From: a virus
Lineage: Duplodnaviria; Caudoviricetes
Virus record (IMG/VR): IMGVR_UViG_3300033123_000281
Location: 1-35,872 of that record
DNA length: 35,872 bases
Strand: one strand, 5' to 3'
Shown here: piece after piece, positions 7,892 to 16,731 of the stretch
Layout of the letters: each line of letters opens with the position of its first letter
Position numbering within the stretch: the stretch's first letter is position 1
Notes under the pieces: model-generated
The model's input: only the letters and a program-made list of their open reading frames with translations
Database searches by the model: none
What the model was told of the DNA's origin: nothing
Made by a program: the position numbers and the translations under genes

Positions 7892-8680
7892 ATGAGCGAT
7901 GAAGCTCTAGACCTACCAGCGGATGACACCGCGCCGGTTGCAGAAGCCACGGCAGCTCCTGTTCCTGTTGATACCCAGCCGGATGAATCCACGACGGAAG
8001 CCTCAAAGTCTTTCACACAGGAAGAACTTGACGCCATTGTCGGAAAGCGTCTTGCACGCGAACAGCGTAAGTGGGAACGAGAGCAGGCCCAGCGCGTTGC
8101 GGACTTTGAGGCCCGAAGGGCCGTCTCAGTCACACCGCCCGACGTTAACGATTTTGACAATGCACAGGCTTACGCGGAAGCGTTGGCTGAACGCAAAGCT
8201 CAAGAGATGTTGGCCCGGCGCGAGACAGCAAAGCAGCAAGCTCAGCTTCTGGATGTCTATCACGAAAAGGAAGAGGACGCGCGGGTCCGCTACGACGACT
8301 TCGAACAGGTCGCGTACAACCCAAACCTCCCCGTCACAGACGTGATGGCTCAGACGATCCAGTCTTCGGACAACGGCCCCGATGTCATTTACTGGCTTGG
8401 GTCCAACCCGAAGGAAGCTGGCCGTATCGCTGCCCTTCCGCCCATCCTGCAAGCGCGAGAGATCGGTCGAATTGAAGCCAAACTGGCTGCAAGCCCTCCG
8501 ATTAAAAAGACCTCAAATGCTCCCGCGCCTATTAATCCGATTGCAAATGCCAGATCGTCTGGCAAGCAGGTTTACGATACCACCGACCCCCGCTCGATGA
8601 AAAACATGAGCACGTCGGAGTGGATCGAAGCCGAGCGTATGCGTCAGATTAAGAAGCAGGAAGCGCAGCGCAACCGCTAG
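7892..8680 (+). CDS. Capsid scaffolding protein
   Basis: Acidic N-terminus, FTQEELDAIVGKRLARE coiled coil, IGRIEAKL...APAPI; directly upstream of the coat gene. Confidence 0.8.
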   Translation: MSDEALDLPADDTAPVAEATAAPVPVDTQPDESTTEASKSFTQEELDAIVGKRLAREQRKWEREQAQRVADFEARRAVSVTPPDVNDFDNAQAYAEALAERKAQEMLARRETAKQQAQLLDVYHEKEEDARVRYDDFEQVAYNPNLPVTDVMAQTIQSSDNGPDVIYWLGSNPKEAGRIAALPPILQAREIGRIEAKLAASPPIKKTSNAPAPINPIANARSSGKQVYDTTDPRSMKNMSTSEWIEAERMRQIKKQEAQRNR

Positions 8681-8699
8681 CTCTTGAAAGTGTAAAACA

Positions 8700-9914
8700 A
8701 TGGCTAACAGCCTTCTTACCATCGACATGATCACCCGGAAGTCTCTCGAAATCCTTGAGAACAATCTGGTGATCACCCGCAACGTCAACCGCCAGTACGA
8801 CGACTCGTTCGCCGTTGAAGGCGCTAAGATCGGCTCGACCCTCCGCATCCGCCTGCCCGACCGCGCTTTGGTCACGGACGGCGCTGCGCTTCAGGTTCAG
8901 GACGACAACGAGCAGTTCACGACCCTGACCGTCTCCTCGCAGAAGCACATCGGCGTGAACTTCACGTCCGCTGAGCTGACGATGCAGCTTGACGACTTTG
9001 CGGAACGTGTGCTCAAGCCGCGTATTTCGCAGCTTGCCTCCAGCATCGACGCCGATGTCGCCAACTCGTTCCTGTCGGTTTACAATTCGGTTGGCACGCC
9101 CGGCACCGTCCCGTCCACTTCGCTTGTCCTGCTTCAGGCCCAGCAGAAGCTGAACGAGTTTGCCACCCCAATGTCCCCGCGCTACGCAACGGTCAACCCG
9201 GCTGCAAACGCTGGCCTTGTTGAGGGCATGAAGGGTCTCTTCAACCCGACCTCCACCATCAGCCGCCAGTTCAAAAACGGCATGATGGGCGAAGGCATCC
9301 TCGGCCTTGAAGAAGTCAACATGTCCCAGTCGATCCGTCAGTTCCAGACTGGTTCGGCCGTGCGTACCGACTCCCTCACGGTCACGTCCACCCTGTCTAC
9401 GCAGGGCATCAGCACGATCTCGTTCTCTGGCGCCACCAACGCGAAGACCCTCGTCCCCGGCGATGTCTTCACGATTGCCAACGTGTACGCGGTCAACCCG
9501 CAGGTTCGTGAGTCCACTGGTTCGCTCCAGCAGTTCGTTGTGACCAACACGGTCACTTCGGCCAGCACGGCGTTCACCAGCGTCACGTTCTCCCCGGCCA
9601 TCTACACCTCAACGAACGCCCTTGCGAGCGTTGATGCGTTCCCCGTGGCCGCTGCTGTCGTTACCCTGCTTGGTTCGGCCAGCACCTACTACCCGCAGAA
9701 CCTTGTGTACCACAAGGACGCGATCACCTTCGCCACCGCCGACCTTCTGCTTCCGCAGGGTGTCGATATGGCCTCGCGTCAGGTCCACAACGGCATCTCG
9801 CTCCGCATTGTGCGCCAGTACGACATCAACAACGACCGTATGCCGTGTCGTATTGACGTGCTGTACGGCTTCAGCACAATCCGTCCGCAGATGGCCGCTC
9901 GCCTCTGGGGCTAA
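8700..9914 (+). CDS. Major capsid protein, P22 gp5-like
   Basis: MANSLLTIDMITR, KIGSTLRIRLP, NLVYHKDAITFA and RIDVLYG motifs; 404 aa; strongly biased codons. Confidence 0.93.
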   Translation: MANSLLTIDMITRKSLEILENNLVITRNVNRQYDDSFAVEGAKIGSTLRIRLPDRALVTDGAALQVQDDNEQFTTLTVSSQKHIGVNFTSAELTMQLDDFAERVLKPRISQLASSIDADVANSFLSVYNSVGTPGTVPSTSLVLLQAQQKLNEFATPMSPRYATVNPAANAGLVEGMKGLFNPTSTISRQFKNGMMGEGILGLEEVNMSQSIRQFQTGSAVRTDSLTVTSTLSTQGISTISFSGATNAKTLVPGDVFTIANVYAVNPQVRESTGSLQQFVVTNTVTSASTAFTSVTFSPAIYTSTNALASVDAFPVAAAVVTLLGSASTYYPQNLVYHKDAITFATADLLLPQGVDMASRQVHNGISLRIVRQYDINNDRMPCRIDVLYGFSTIRPQMAARLWG

Positions 9915-9922
9915 CCTAACCC

Positions 9923-9954
9923 GCCCCCGGCCAACGCCGGGGGCACCTCCTTTT
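9923..9954 (+). terminator. GC-rich stem-loop after the coat gene (weak terminator or mRNA stabiliser)
   Basis: GCCCCCGGC-CAAC-GCCGGGGGC followed by ACCTCCTTTT. Confidence 0.6.
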
Positions 9955-9971
9955 CTTGAAAGGCTCTTATC

Positions 9972-10388
9972 ATGGCTCTCCCTTCTGTTGGCGGCGGCTA
10001 TCAGTTTAATGATGGCAACCTGAATGAAGTTAAACTCACCGTTGCTGCTGTACCGACTACGGCAACTGACAGCGCCACGCTGACGGCTGCTCAGCTCACC
10101 AACGGCATCATCATCGGCACACCGACGACAACGGCGGCCTACACGCTGCCTCTGGCAACCGACCTTGACGCCTTGCTGACAAACTCCAAGCCTGGCTCTA
10201 ACTTTGATTTCCGCGTCATCAACACGACGACGGCGGGCGTCATCACCATGACCACCAACACTGGTTGGTCCATTGGCAGCAGCGGCTCGCAGGGTCTCAT
10301 GACCATTGCGGCTACGGCTGGCACCGTTCGCTCCTTCCGCGCCCGTAAAACGGCTGACGGTTCTTGGGCGCTCTACGCTATCTCGTAA
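9972..10388 (+). CDS. Putative capsid decoration/cement protein
   Basis: Follows the coat gene; ATLTAAQL..GII...P....YTLP pattern; AAAGG ribosome-binding site. Confidence 0.6.
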   Translation: MALPSVGGGYQFNDGNLNEVKLTVAAVPTTATDSATLTAAQLTNGIIIGTPTTTAAYTLPLATDLDALLTNSKPGSNFDFRVINTTTAGVITMTTNTGWSIGSSGSQGLMTIAATAGTVRSFRARKTADGSWALYAIS

Positions 10389-10395
10389 GCAAACC

Positions 10396-10423
10396 GGCCC
10401 CTGCTTCGGCAGGGGCCACCTTT
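10396..10423 (+). terminator. cUUCGg-capped stem-loop after the decoration gene
   Basis: GGCCCCTGC-TTCG-GCAGGGGCC followed by ACCTTT. Confidence 0.65.
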
Positions 10424-10435
10424 ACAGGAAATTCT

Positions 10436-10651
10436 ATGCACATCTATCTGCGCCACCCGGACCACGGCACCAAGGTTGCCACGATGGACCTTGAAGCGAT
10501 TTATGATGAAGAGAACGGCTGGACGCGCTATACTCCCGGCCAGCCTACGGTAAGCGCGTCGGCTAACGAACTGGTCTCCAGACGGCGCGGGCGTCGTCCT
10601 TCGGTTGAGGAAGTAGCGGCAGATGACAACGACAGCGGGCGATCAGATTAA
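10436..10651 (+). CDS. Hypothetical protein (MHIYLRHPDHGTKVA...)
   Basis: ATG 10436 after AGGAA; RRRGRRP basic tail. Confidence 0.7.
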   Translation: MHIYLRHPDHGTKVATMDLEAIYDEENGWTRYTPGQPTVSASANELVSRRRGRRPSVEEVAADDNDSGRSD

Positions 10652-11336
10652 TGGCGCGCTTCGTCTTCTCGGCGTCCTAGCCGAAGGCGAAACCCCGTCT
10701 GCGGCCACGTCGCAGGATGCGTTGAACGCGCTCAACCAGATGATTGACTCGTGGAACACCGAGCGGCTGGCGGTGTTCTCCACGCAGGACCAGGTGTTTA
10801 GTTGGTTGCCCGGCTTCATCTCGCGCACGCTGGGGCCGACCGGCGACTTCGTCGGCAACCGCCCGATCCTGCTGGACGACTCCACCTACTTCAAAGACCC
10901 TGCCAGCGGCATCTCCTACGGCATCAAGATCATCAACCAGCAGCAGTATGACGGCATTGCCGTCAAGACTGTCACCAGCACCTACCCGCAGGTGATCTGG
11001 ATCAACATGACCTACCCTGACGTTGAGATGTACGTATACCCGGTGCCGACCAAGACGCTGGAGTGGCATTTCGTCTCGGTTGAGGAGCTGACGCAGCCGG
11101 CGCTGCTGGCTACCGCGCTGACCTTCCCGCCGGGCTACCTCCGCGCGTTCCGCTACAATCTGGCCTGCGAGTTTGCACCGGAGTTTGGCGTTGAGCCGTC
11201 GCCCACGGTGTCGCGCATCGCAATGGCGTCCAAGCGCAACCTGAAGCGCATCAACAACCCTGACGACATCATGGCGCTGCCCTACAGCATTGTTGGCACT
11301 CGGCAAAGGTTTAATATCTATAGTGGCAACTTCTGA
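10623..11336 (+). CDS. Head-to-tail adaptor, P22 gp4-like
   Basis: INGALRLLGVLAEGETP...ALNALNQMIDSW N-terminus and FRYNLACEFAPEFG. Confidence 0.78.
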   Translation: MTTTAGDQINGALRLLGVLAEGETPSAATSQDALNALNQMIDSWNTERLAVFSTQDQVFSWLPGFISRTLGPTGDFVGNRPILLDDSTYFKDPASGISYGIKIINQQQYDGIAVKTVTSTYPQVIWINMTYPDVEMYVYPVPTKTLEWHFVSVEELTQPALLATALTFPPGYLRAFRYNLACEFAPEFGVEPSPTVSRIAMASKRNLKRINNPDDIMALPYSIVGTRQRFNIYSGNF

Positions 11337-11872
11337 TTATGTTTAAAATACCGGCCTCTATACGATCCGGGCGAACCTGCGGGCTGACGCGACGCGGGGT
11401 CTTTTCTGTACACGTCAAACGCGTGTTGAACATTCTCGCGGTGGGTAAGAAGCTCCAAATTTTCAAGCCGGTTATCGTCGCGCTTAAGGTTCTTGTGGTT
11501 CACTTCCAATCGCCCTTCAATGACACCGTTAAACGCTTCCCACACCAGCCTATGCACTCGCTTTTTAACGTACGCGCCGTTAACGCACAAAGACACATTC
11601 ACGTATTGATGACGGTCAAAATTAGGCTTAACAGGCCGAAACTCTTCGTCCCCAGCCCAAGTTTTTCCGCTTTTTATAGCCGAAACGGTTGCAATGCTGG
11701 TGTTCAAAAACGCCGCGACTTCTCGCAGTTTCGCGCTTTGCGCCAACATCTGTTTGGCTTGTTTCACCTGATCGGCGGTAAACAGTTTGCCGCGCGCCAC
11801 TCGACGTACGCGCCCAAGATTGCTAACCTCGTAAACGCCTTCGTAGCCAAAAACCGGTTTCCATTCTTCCAT
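11318..11872 (-). CDS. NUMOD4-HNH homing endonuclease, antisense to the structural operon
   Basis: EEWKPVFGYEGVYEVSNLGRVR NUMOD4, VHRLVWEAF...VNHKNLKRDDNRLENLE HNH; AAGGAG ribosome-binding site; lower GC. Confidence 0.92.
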   Translation of the reverse strand: MEEWKPVFGYEGVYEVSNLGRVRRVARGKLFTADQVKQAKQMLAQSAKLREVAAFLNTSIATVSAIKSGKTWAGDEEFRPVKPNFDRHQYVNVSLCVNGAYVKKRVHRLVWEAFNGVIEGRLEVNHKNLKRDDNRLENLELLTHRENVQHAFDVYRKDPASRQPAGSPGSYRGRYFKHNQKLPL

Positions 11873-11897
11873 AGGGTGTCTCCTTCAATGTTGATGC

Positions 11898-11926
11898 AGT
11901 CTAACCCTATAGCTGTTTGGAGTCAA
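11898..11926 (-). promoter_or_regulatory. Sigma70-like promoter of the antisense HNH gene
   Basis: Minus strand TTGACT, 17 nt, TAGACT just upstream of the ribosome-binding site. Confidence 0.65.
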
Positions 11927-11931
11927 TCCTG

Positions 11932-13362
11932 ATGCAGACGCCCATCCTCGGCTCCGCGTACGTAACCCGCAGCGTCAACGCTGCGGACAACCGGTGCGTG
12001 AACTTGTTCCCCGAAATTGTGCCGGAGGGCGGCAAGCAACCTGCGTTCCTCCAACGCGCCCCCGGCCTGCGTCGGCTGGTGACGGTGGGCCTTGGTCCTA
12101 TCAGAGGACTACATGCCTACGGCGGCTACGCCTACGTCGTGTCGGGCAACGAACTCTACCGCATGGACCCGGCGTACAACACCGTGCTGCTTGGCACGGT
12201 CGCCAACGACGGCCCGGTGTCGATGGCCGACAACGGCATCCAGCTTTTCATCGCTTGCAGCGGCCCCAGCTACATCTACAACAACAGCACGCTGGCGTTC
12301 GGAGCCATCACCGACCCGGACTTTCCCGGCGCGCTGACCGTCTCGTATCTGTCCGGCTATTTCGTCTTCATTGAACCCAACAGCCAGAAGGTGTGGGTCA
12401 CGCAGCTTCTGGACGGTACGTCAATTGATCCGCTGGACTTCGCCAGCGCCGAAGGCGACCCGGACGGCCTGATCTCGTCAATTGTGGATCACTCCGAAGT
12501 GTGGCTTTTTGGCACCAACTCGGTCGAGGTCTGGTACAATTCCGGTGCGGCCGCGTTCCCGCTCCAGCGCATCCAAGGGGCGTTCAACGAGATCGGCTGC
12601 GCTGCGACGTTCTCGGTCGCCAAGCTCGACAACGCCCTGTTCTGGCTGGGCGCTGATGCGCGCGGCAAGGGCATCGTCTACCGCGCCAACGGCTACACGG
12701 GCGTGCGCGTCAGCACGCACGCTGTCGAGTGGCAAATCCAGCAGTACCCCAACATCGCTGACGCCACGGCCTACACCTACCAGCAGGACGGCCACGCCTT
12801 TTACGTGCTGTCGTTCCCGTCTGCCAACGCGACGTGGGTTTACGATGTCGCGACACAGGCGTGGCATGAGCGGGCGGGCTTCAACGATGGGGCCTTCACC
12901 CGCCAGCGGGCGTCCATGCAGATGTTCTTCAGCGACGAGACCATCGTGGGCGACTACCAGAACGGCAAGCTCTACGCTTACGATCTGGCGCTCTACGCCG
13001 ACGACGACCAGACGCAGCGGTGGCTGCGCTCGTGGCGGGCGCTGCCGACCGGCCAGAACAACCTCAAGCGCGTCGCCAACCACACGCTGCAACTCGACTG
13101 CGAGTCGGGCGTGGGCCTCAACGACGGGCAGGGCAGCGACCCGCAGGTTATGATGCGCTTCTCTGACGACGGCGGGCATACTTGGAGCCGCGAGCGTTGG
13201 TCCTCGATGGGGGCCATCGGCACGTACGGCAAGCGCGTGTTCTGGCGCAGGCTGGGCATGACGCAGAAGATCCGCGACCGCGTGTACGAAATATCCGGTA
13301 CGGACCCGGTGCCGATCTATATCATGGGCGCGGAGCTGATCGCGAGCGGCACCAATGCTTAG
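11932..13362 (+). CDS. Tail hub / packaged-DNA stabilisation protein, P22 gp10-like
   Basis: LDFASAEGDPD, LFGTNSVEVW, YQQDGHAFYVLSFP, SDDGGHTWS and WRRLG motifs. Confidence 0.88.
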   Translation: MQTPILGSAYVTRSVNAADNRCVNLFPEIVPEGGKQPAFLQRAPGLRRLVTVGLGPIRGLHAYGGYAYVVSGNELYRMDPAYNTVLLGTVANDGPVSMADNGIQLFIACSGPSYIYNNSTLAFGAITDPDFPGALTVSYLSGYFVFIEPNSQKVWVTQLLDGTSIDPLDFASAEGDPDGLISSIVDHSEVWLFGTNSVEVWYNSGAAAFPLQRIQGAFNEIGCAATFSVAKLDNALFWLGADARGKGIVYRANGYTGVRVSTHAVEWQIQQYPNIADATAYTYQQDGHAFYVLSFPSANATWVYDVATQAWHERAGFNDGAFTRQRASMQMFFSDETIVGDYQNGKLYAYDLALYADDDQTQRWLRSWRALPTGQNNLKRVANHTLQLDCESGVGLNDGQGSDPQVMMRFSDDGGHTWSRERWSSMGAIGTYGKRVFWRRLGMTQKIRDRVYEISGTDPVPIYIMGAELIASGTNA

Positions 13363-13939
13363 CGACAGCCAAATCCCGGCACCGCGAGTTCCGATAACCG
13401 AAAAAGAAGGCGGGCTGATCACCCGCGAATGGTTCCGGTTCTTCAATTTTGTCTACGAGCAGATCGTGCGACTGACCTCGTTTGCTTACGGGACGTTCAG
13501 CGGGTTTGAGACAACGACGTGGGCGTCGAACACCACCACGCAGGTGTCCATCACGGACACCGCGCTGAGCAGCGGCGTGTCGGTGGCGTCGTCGCAGGTG
13601 ACGGTCGCCAACGCCGGGCTGTACGCCATAAACGCCTCGTTCCAGCTCTACAACCTCAACACCACCACGGCGTACACCATCGCCCTGTGGGCGCGCGTCA
13701 GCGGCGTGGACGTGCCCGGCTCCCTGCGCTACGTCACCGTGTTCGGCCCGGGTGGCAGCGCGCAGGCGTACAGCACCCACACCCTAGCCCTTACGTTGCA
13801 ACTTCCGGCCGCAGCGTATATAGAATTTTACGGTAATTCCTTCGGCGGGGTAGCGCAGCTTCGTACGATTGCTGCTAACACGACCATAACCGCGCCGTCT
13901 GCTGCCAGCATCCTTCTAAACGTGACCCAGATAGCATAG
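13355..13939 (+). CDS. Putative tail-associated structural protein
   Basis: IPAPRVP...ITREWFRFF N-terminus typical of genes after gp10; beta-sandwich-like C-terminus. Confidence 0.65.
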   Translation: MLSDSQIPAPRVPITEKEGGLITREWFRFFNFVYEQIVRLTSFAYGTFSGFETTTWASNTTTQVSITDTALSSGVSVASSQVTVANAGLYAINASFQLYNLNTTTAYTIALWARVSGVDVPGSLRYVTVFGPGGSAQAYSTHTLALTLQLPAAAYIEFYGNSFGGVAQLRTIAANTTITAPSAASILLNVTQIA

Positions 13940-13948
13940 GACGGACAC

Positions 13949-15307
13949 ATGACCTCTTACAATTTGTCATCCTTCGCTGGCGCTGGAGCGCAACTCTTCG
14001 ACGACAACGGCAACCCGCTGACCGGCGGCAAGGTCTACACCTACGCGGCGGGCACGACCACGCCGCTGGCGACCTACACGACCTCGACCGGCGCGGTCGC
14101 CAACACGAACCCGATTATCTTGGACGCCGCCGGGCGCACGCCCAACGAGATTTGGCTGGTGGCCGGTACGCTCTACAAGTTCATCGTTCAGACCTCGGTC
14201 AGCGTGCTGGTCGGCACCTACGACGGCCTCCCGGCCATCAACGACCCCTACAGCATCAACTCGCTGCTGGGCAGCGTCACCGGCACGAACACCATTGCAG
14301 CGGTGGCAACGCCGTCCCTCACCGCCTACGCGGCGGGCGCGACGTACGCCTTCATTGCGGCTAACAGCAACACGGCGGCGGCAACGCTCAGCATTGACGG
14401 GCTTCCGGCCAAGTCAATCACCAAGAACGGCAGCGCGACGCTGACGGCGGGCGACATCCAGATCGGCAAGCTGACGTGGGTGCAGTACGACGGCACGACG
14501 TTCCAACTCATCAACAATATCGTCTACGGGGGCTCCATCACCAACGGCACGATTGTCAGCCTGTCCACGCCTCTCGGCGCGGCTAGCGGCGGCACGGGCC
14601 TGTCTACGCTCACGGCCAACTCGGTTCTTTTGGGCAATGGCATCTCAACCGTGCAATTGGTCGCGCCTAGCACATCCGGGAATGTCCTGACCAGCAACGG
14701 CACAACATGGTCTAGCGCCCGCTCGCTAATCCCTACCATTCAGGCGTTTACATCCAGCGGCACGTTTACCATTCCCGCCAGCGTGACCAAAGTTAAGGTC
14801 ACTGTTGTCGGCGGCGGCGGCGGCGGAAGATCGGCGACCAACAGCACGGGTCAAGGTGGTGGCGGCGCGGGTGGGGCGGCTATTGAAGTAATCACCGGGC
14901 TTACGCCGGGCGGCACGGTCACTGTGACTGTCGGCGCGGGCGGCGCGGCCAACACGGATGGCGGCACCTCGTCTTTTGGCGCGTATTGCTCAGCAACGGG
15001 CGGATTGTCCCCGGCGTCAGGTGTTGGCGGTCCCGGCGGCGCTGGCGGAACAGCGACTGGCGGCGACATCAATTTCACTGGCGGCGCTGGCTGTGGCGGC
15101 AACGGCGTCACCGGAACTGTGTCGGGCTCGGCAGGAAACGGCGGGTCTTCAATATTTGGTGGCGCTGGGCTGGGCGCGGGCAGTACAAATGCGGCTAACA
15201 CTGCGGGCGCTGGTGCCCCCGGCACTGGCGGCGGCGGCGGCGGCGGTTGCGGTGGCCCCGGCACAGGCGGCGCTGGCGGGTCTGGTATCGTGATCGTGGA
15301 ATATTGA
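13949..15307 (+). CDS. Tail fibre/spike with Gly-rich C-terminal domain
   Basis: GNPLTGGKVYTYAAGTTTP...NPIILDAAGR virion-attachment N-terminus; FTSSGTFT...GGGGGG...GIVIVEY C-terminus. Confidence 0.8.
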   Translation: MTSYNLSSFAGAGAQLFDDNGNPLTGGKVYTYAAGTTTPLATYTTSTGAVANTNPIILDAAGRTPNEIWLVAGTLYKFIVQTSVSVLVGTYDGLPAINDPYSINSLLGSVTGTNTIAAVATPSLTAYAAGATYAFIAANSNTAAATLSIDGLPAKSITKNGSATLTAGDIQIGKLTWVQYDGTTFQLINNIVYGGSITNGTIVSLSTPLGAASGGTGLSTLTANSVLLGNGISTVQLVAPSTSGNVLTSNGTTWSSARSLIPTIQAFTSSGTFTIPASVTKVKVTVVGGGGGGRSATNSTGQGGGGAGGAAIEVITGLTPGGTVTVTVGAGGAANTDGGTSSFGAYCSATGGLSPASGVGGPGGAGGTATGGDINFTGGAGCGGNGVTGTVSGSAGNGGSSIFGGAGLGAGSTNAANTAGAGAPGTGGGGGGGCGGPGTGGAGGSGIVIVEY

Positions 15308-15310
15308 GCC

Positions 15311-15448
15311 GTGGGTGTGACCGACTACGAACTGTTCCTAGCCGAGCACGGCCTGACCGAAGCCGACATGGCGTCGTTGACGGACCTTGGGCACATCAAG
15401 ACCGACGACAAGATCCGGCTTGCGCAAGGATGGATTGACAATGTCTGA
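15311..15448 (+). CDS. Small hypothetical protein, 45 aa (MGVTDYELFLAEHG...)
   Basis: Translated by hand; fills the gap and overlaps the next ATG. Confidence 0.45.
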   Translation: MGVTDYELFLAEHGLTEADMASLTDLGHIKTDDKIRLAQGWIDNV

Positions 15449-15947
15449 CGTTACGCTTGCCAACACGCACGACAAGGTCGCGTTCCGGGAGAAAATCCTC
15501 GGCGCGCAAGAGCGTATGCAGGAGCTTGTTGCCGAAGACGCCGCCGTGGACGCGGCCCCGTCCTGCACGCTGACGCACACGTACACACCAATCCACGAAG
15601 AGTACGGCTGCGGCACCTACGCCCGCCAGATATTCATCCCGAAGGGGACGCTCATCATCGGCAAAATACACCGGCACCAGCACCTGAACTTCATTCTGAA
15701 GGGCCGGGTGTCGGTTTCAACGGAGTTTGGGCCAAAATTCTTTGAAGGCCCGTGCATGTTCGTGTCCGAAGTTGGCCTTAAACGCGCCGTTTACGCCGAA
15801 GAGGACACGATCTGGGTCACGGTTCACATGACCAAATTTACAGGCGAAGAAAACCTTGATAAGATGGAAGCCGAACTTATCGCGCCTAGCTACGATGATA
15901 TGGGCATGATCGCGTCGGTTGAGGAACTGAAAAGGATCGCACCATGA
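15441..15947 (+). CDS. Cupin-like phage protein
   Basis: YARQIFIPKGTLIIGKIHRHQHLNFILKG...G.KRAVYAEEDTIWVTVH cupin-barrel pattern; ATG 15441. Confidence 0.7.
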   Translation: MSDVTLANTHDKVAFREKILGAQERMQELVAEDAAVDAAPSCTLTHTYTPIHEEYGCGTYARQIFIPKGTLIIGKIHRHQHLNFILKGRVSVSTEFGPKFFEGPCMFVSEVGLKRAVYAEEDTIWVTVHMTKFTGEENLDKMEAELIAPSYDDMGMIASVEELKRIAP

Positions 15948-16705
15948 CTTTTGTTGCCTCGGCCATAGCCGCCAGTGCTGTTGTAGGCGCTGGCGCGTCC
16001 ATCTACAGTTCAAGCAAAGCCGCTGACGCGCAGAAAGCGGGCATCGCCGCGTCCGCTGACGCGCAGCAGAGAATGTTTGACAAGCAGACCGAGCTTCAGG
16101 AGCCGTTCCGTCAGGGCGGCATCACGGCGCAGAACCGGCTGCTGACGGTTCTAGGTCTTCGCCCTGCTGAAGGGTCTGGCGTCACCGTAGACCCAAATTC
16201 GCCCGACTTTGGTAAGTACGCTGGCGACTTCGGGATGAAAGACTTTCAAGCCGACCCAGGCTACGGTTTTCGTTTGTCGGAAGGCATGAAGGGTTTGCAG
16301 AACTCGGCGGCCGCGCGCGGTCTGCTGTCGTCCGGTTCGACGCTGAAGGGCATCACGGACTACAGCCAAGGCATGGCAAGCCAAGAGTATGGCAACGCCT
16401 ACAACCGCTACCAGACTAACCGCGCCAACCAGCTCAACCCGCTCCAGAGCGTCATGGGGTCTGGGCAGACTTCGGCCAACACGCTGACGAACGCGGCGGG
16501 GCAGCTAGGGCAAGGTCTGGGTCAGGCCGCAGCCGCGACGGGCGCGGCAAACGCTTCGTCCTACATAAACTCTGGAAACGCGCTCAACAACGCGCTGAGC
16601 GGCGGCGTAAATTCGTATATGAACTACAACAATATGCAGGGGTACAACGCCCGCACAGCAGCTATGAACGCAGGCGGTCAAACCCCCATCAGCGGGTACT
16701 ACTAG
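15944..16705 (+). CDS. DNA ejection/transfer protein, P22 gp7-like
   Basis: Hydrophobic Ala/Gly N-terminus; DPGYGFRL..G....NSAAARG.L.SG.TLK motif. Confidence 0.78.
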   Translation: MTFVASAIAASAVVGAGASIYSSSKAADAQKAGIAASADAQQRMFDKQTELQEPFRQGGITAQNRLLTVLGLRPAEGSGVTVDPNSPDFGKYAGDFGMKDFQADPGYGFRLSEGMKGLQNSAAARGLLSSGSTLKGITDYSQGMASQEYGNAYNRYQTNRANQLNPLQSVMGSGQTSANTLTNAAGQLGQGLGQAAAATGAANASSYINSGNALNNALSGGVNSYMNYNNMQGYNARTAAMNAGGQTPISGYY

Positions 16706-16731
16706 CCCATTCATTTCTGAGGGTCTGACCA

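Noticed and set aside
11339-11932. 197-aa plus-strand ORF spanning the HNH insert
   Set aside because: It is the antisense shadow of the NUMOD4-HNH gene, with no motifs and no ribosome-binding site.
14810-15300. GGC-rich repeats as a DNA repeat element or diversity-generating target
   Set aside because: They encode the Gly-rich fibre domain; no reverse transcriptase or template repeat was seen.
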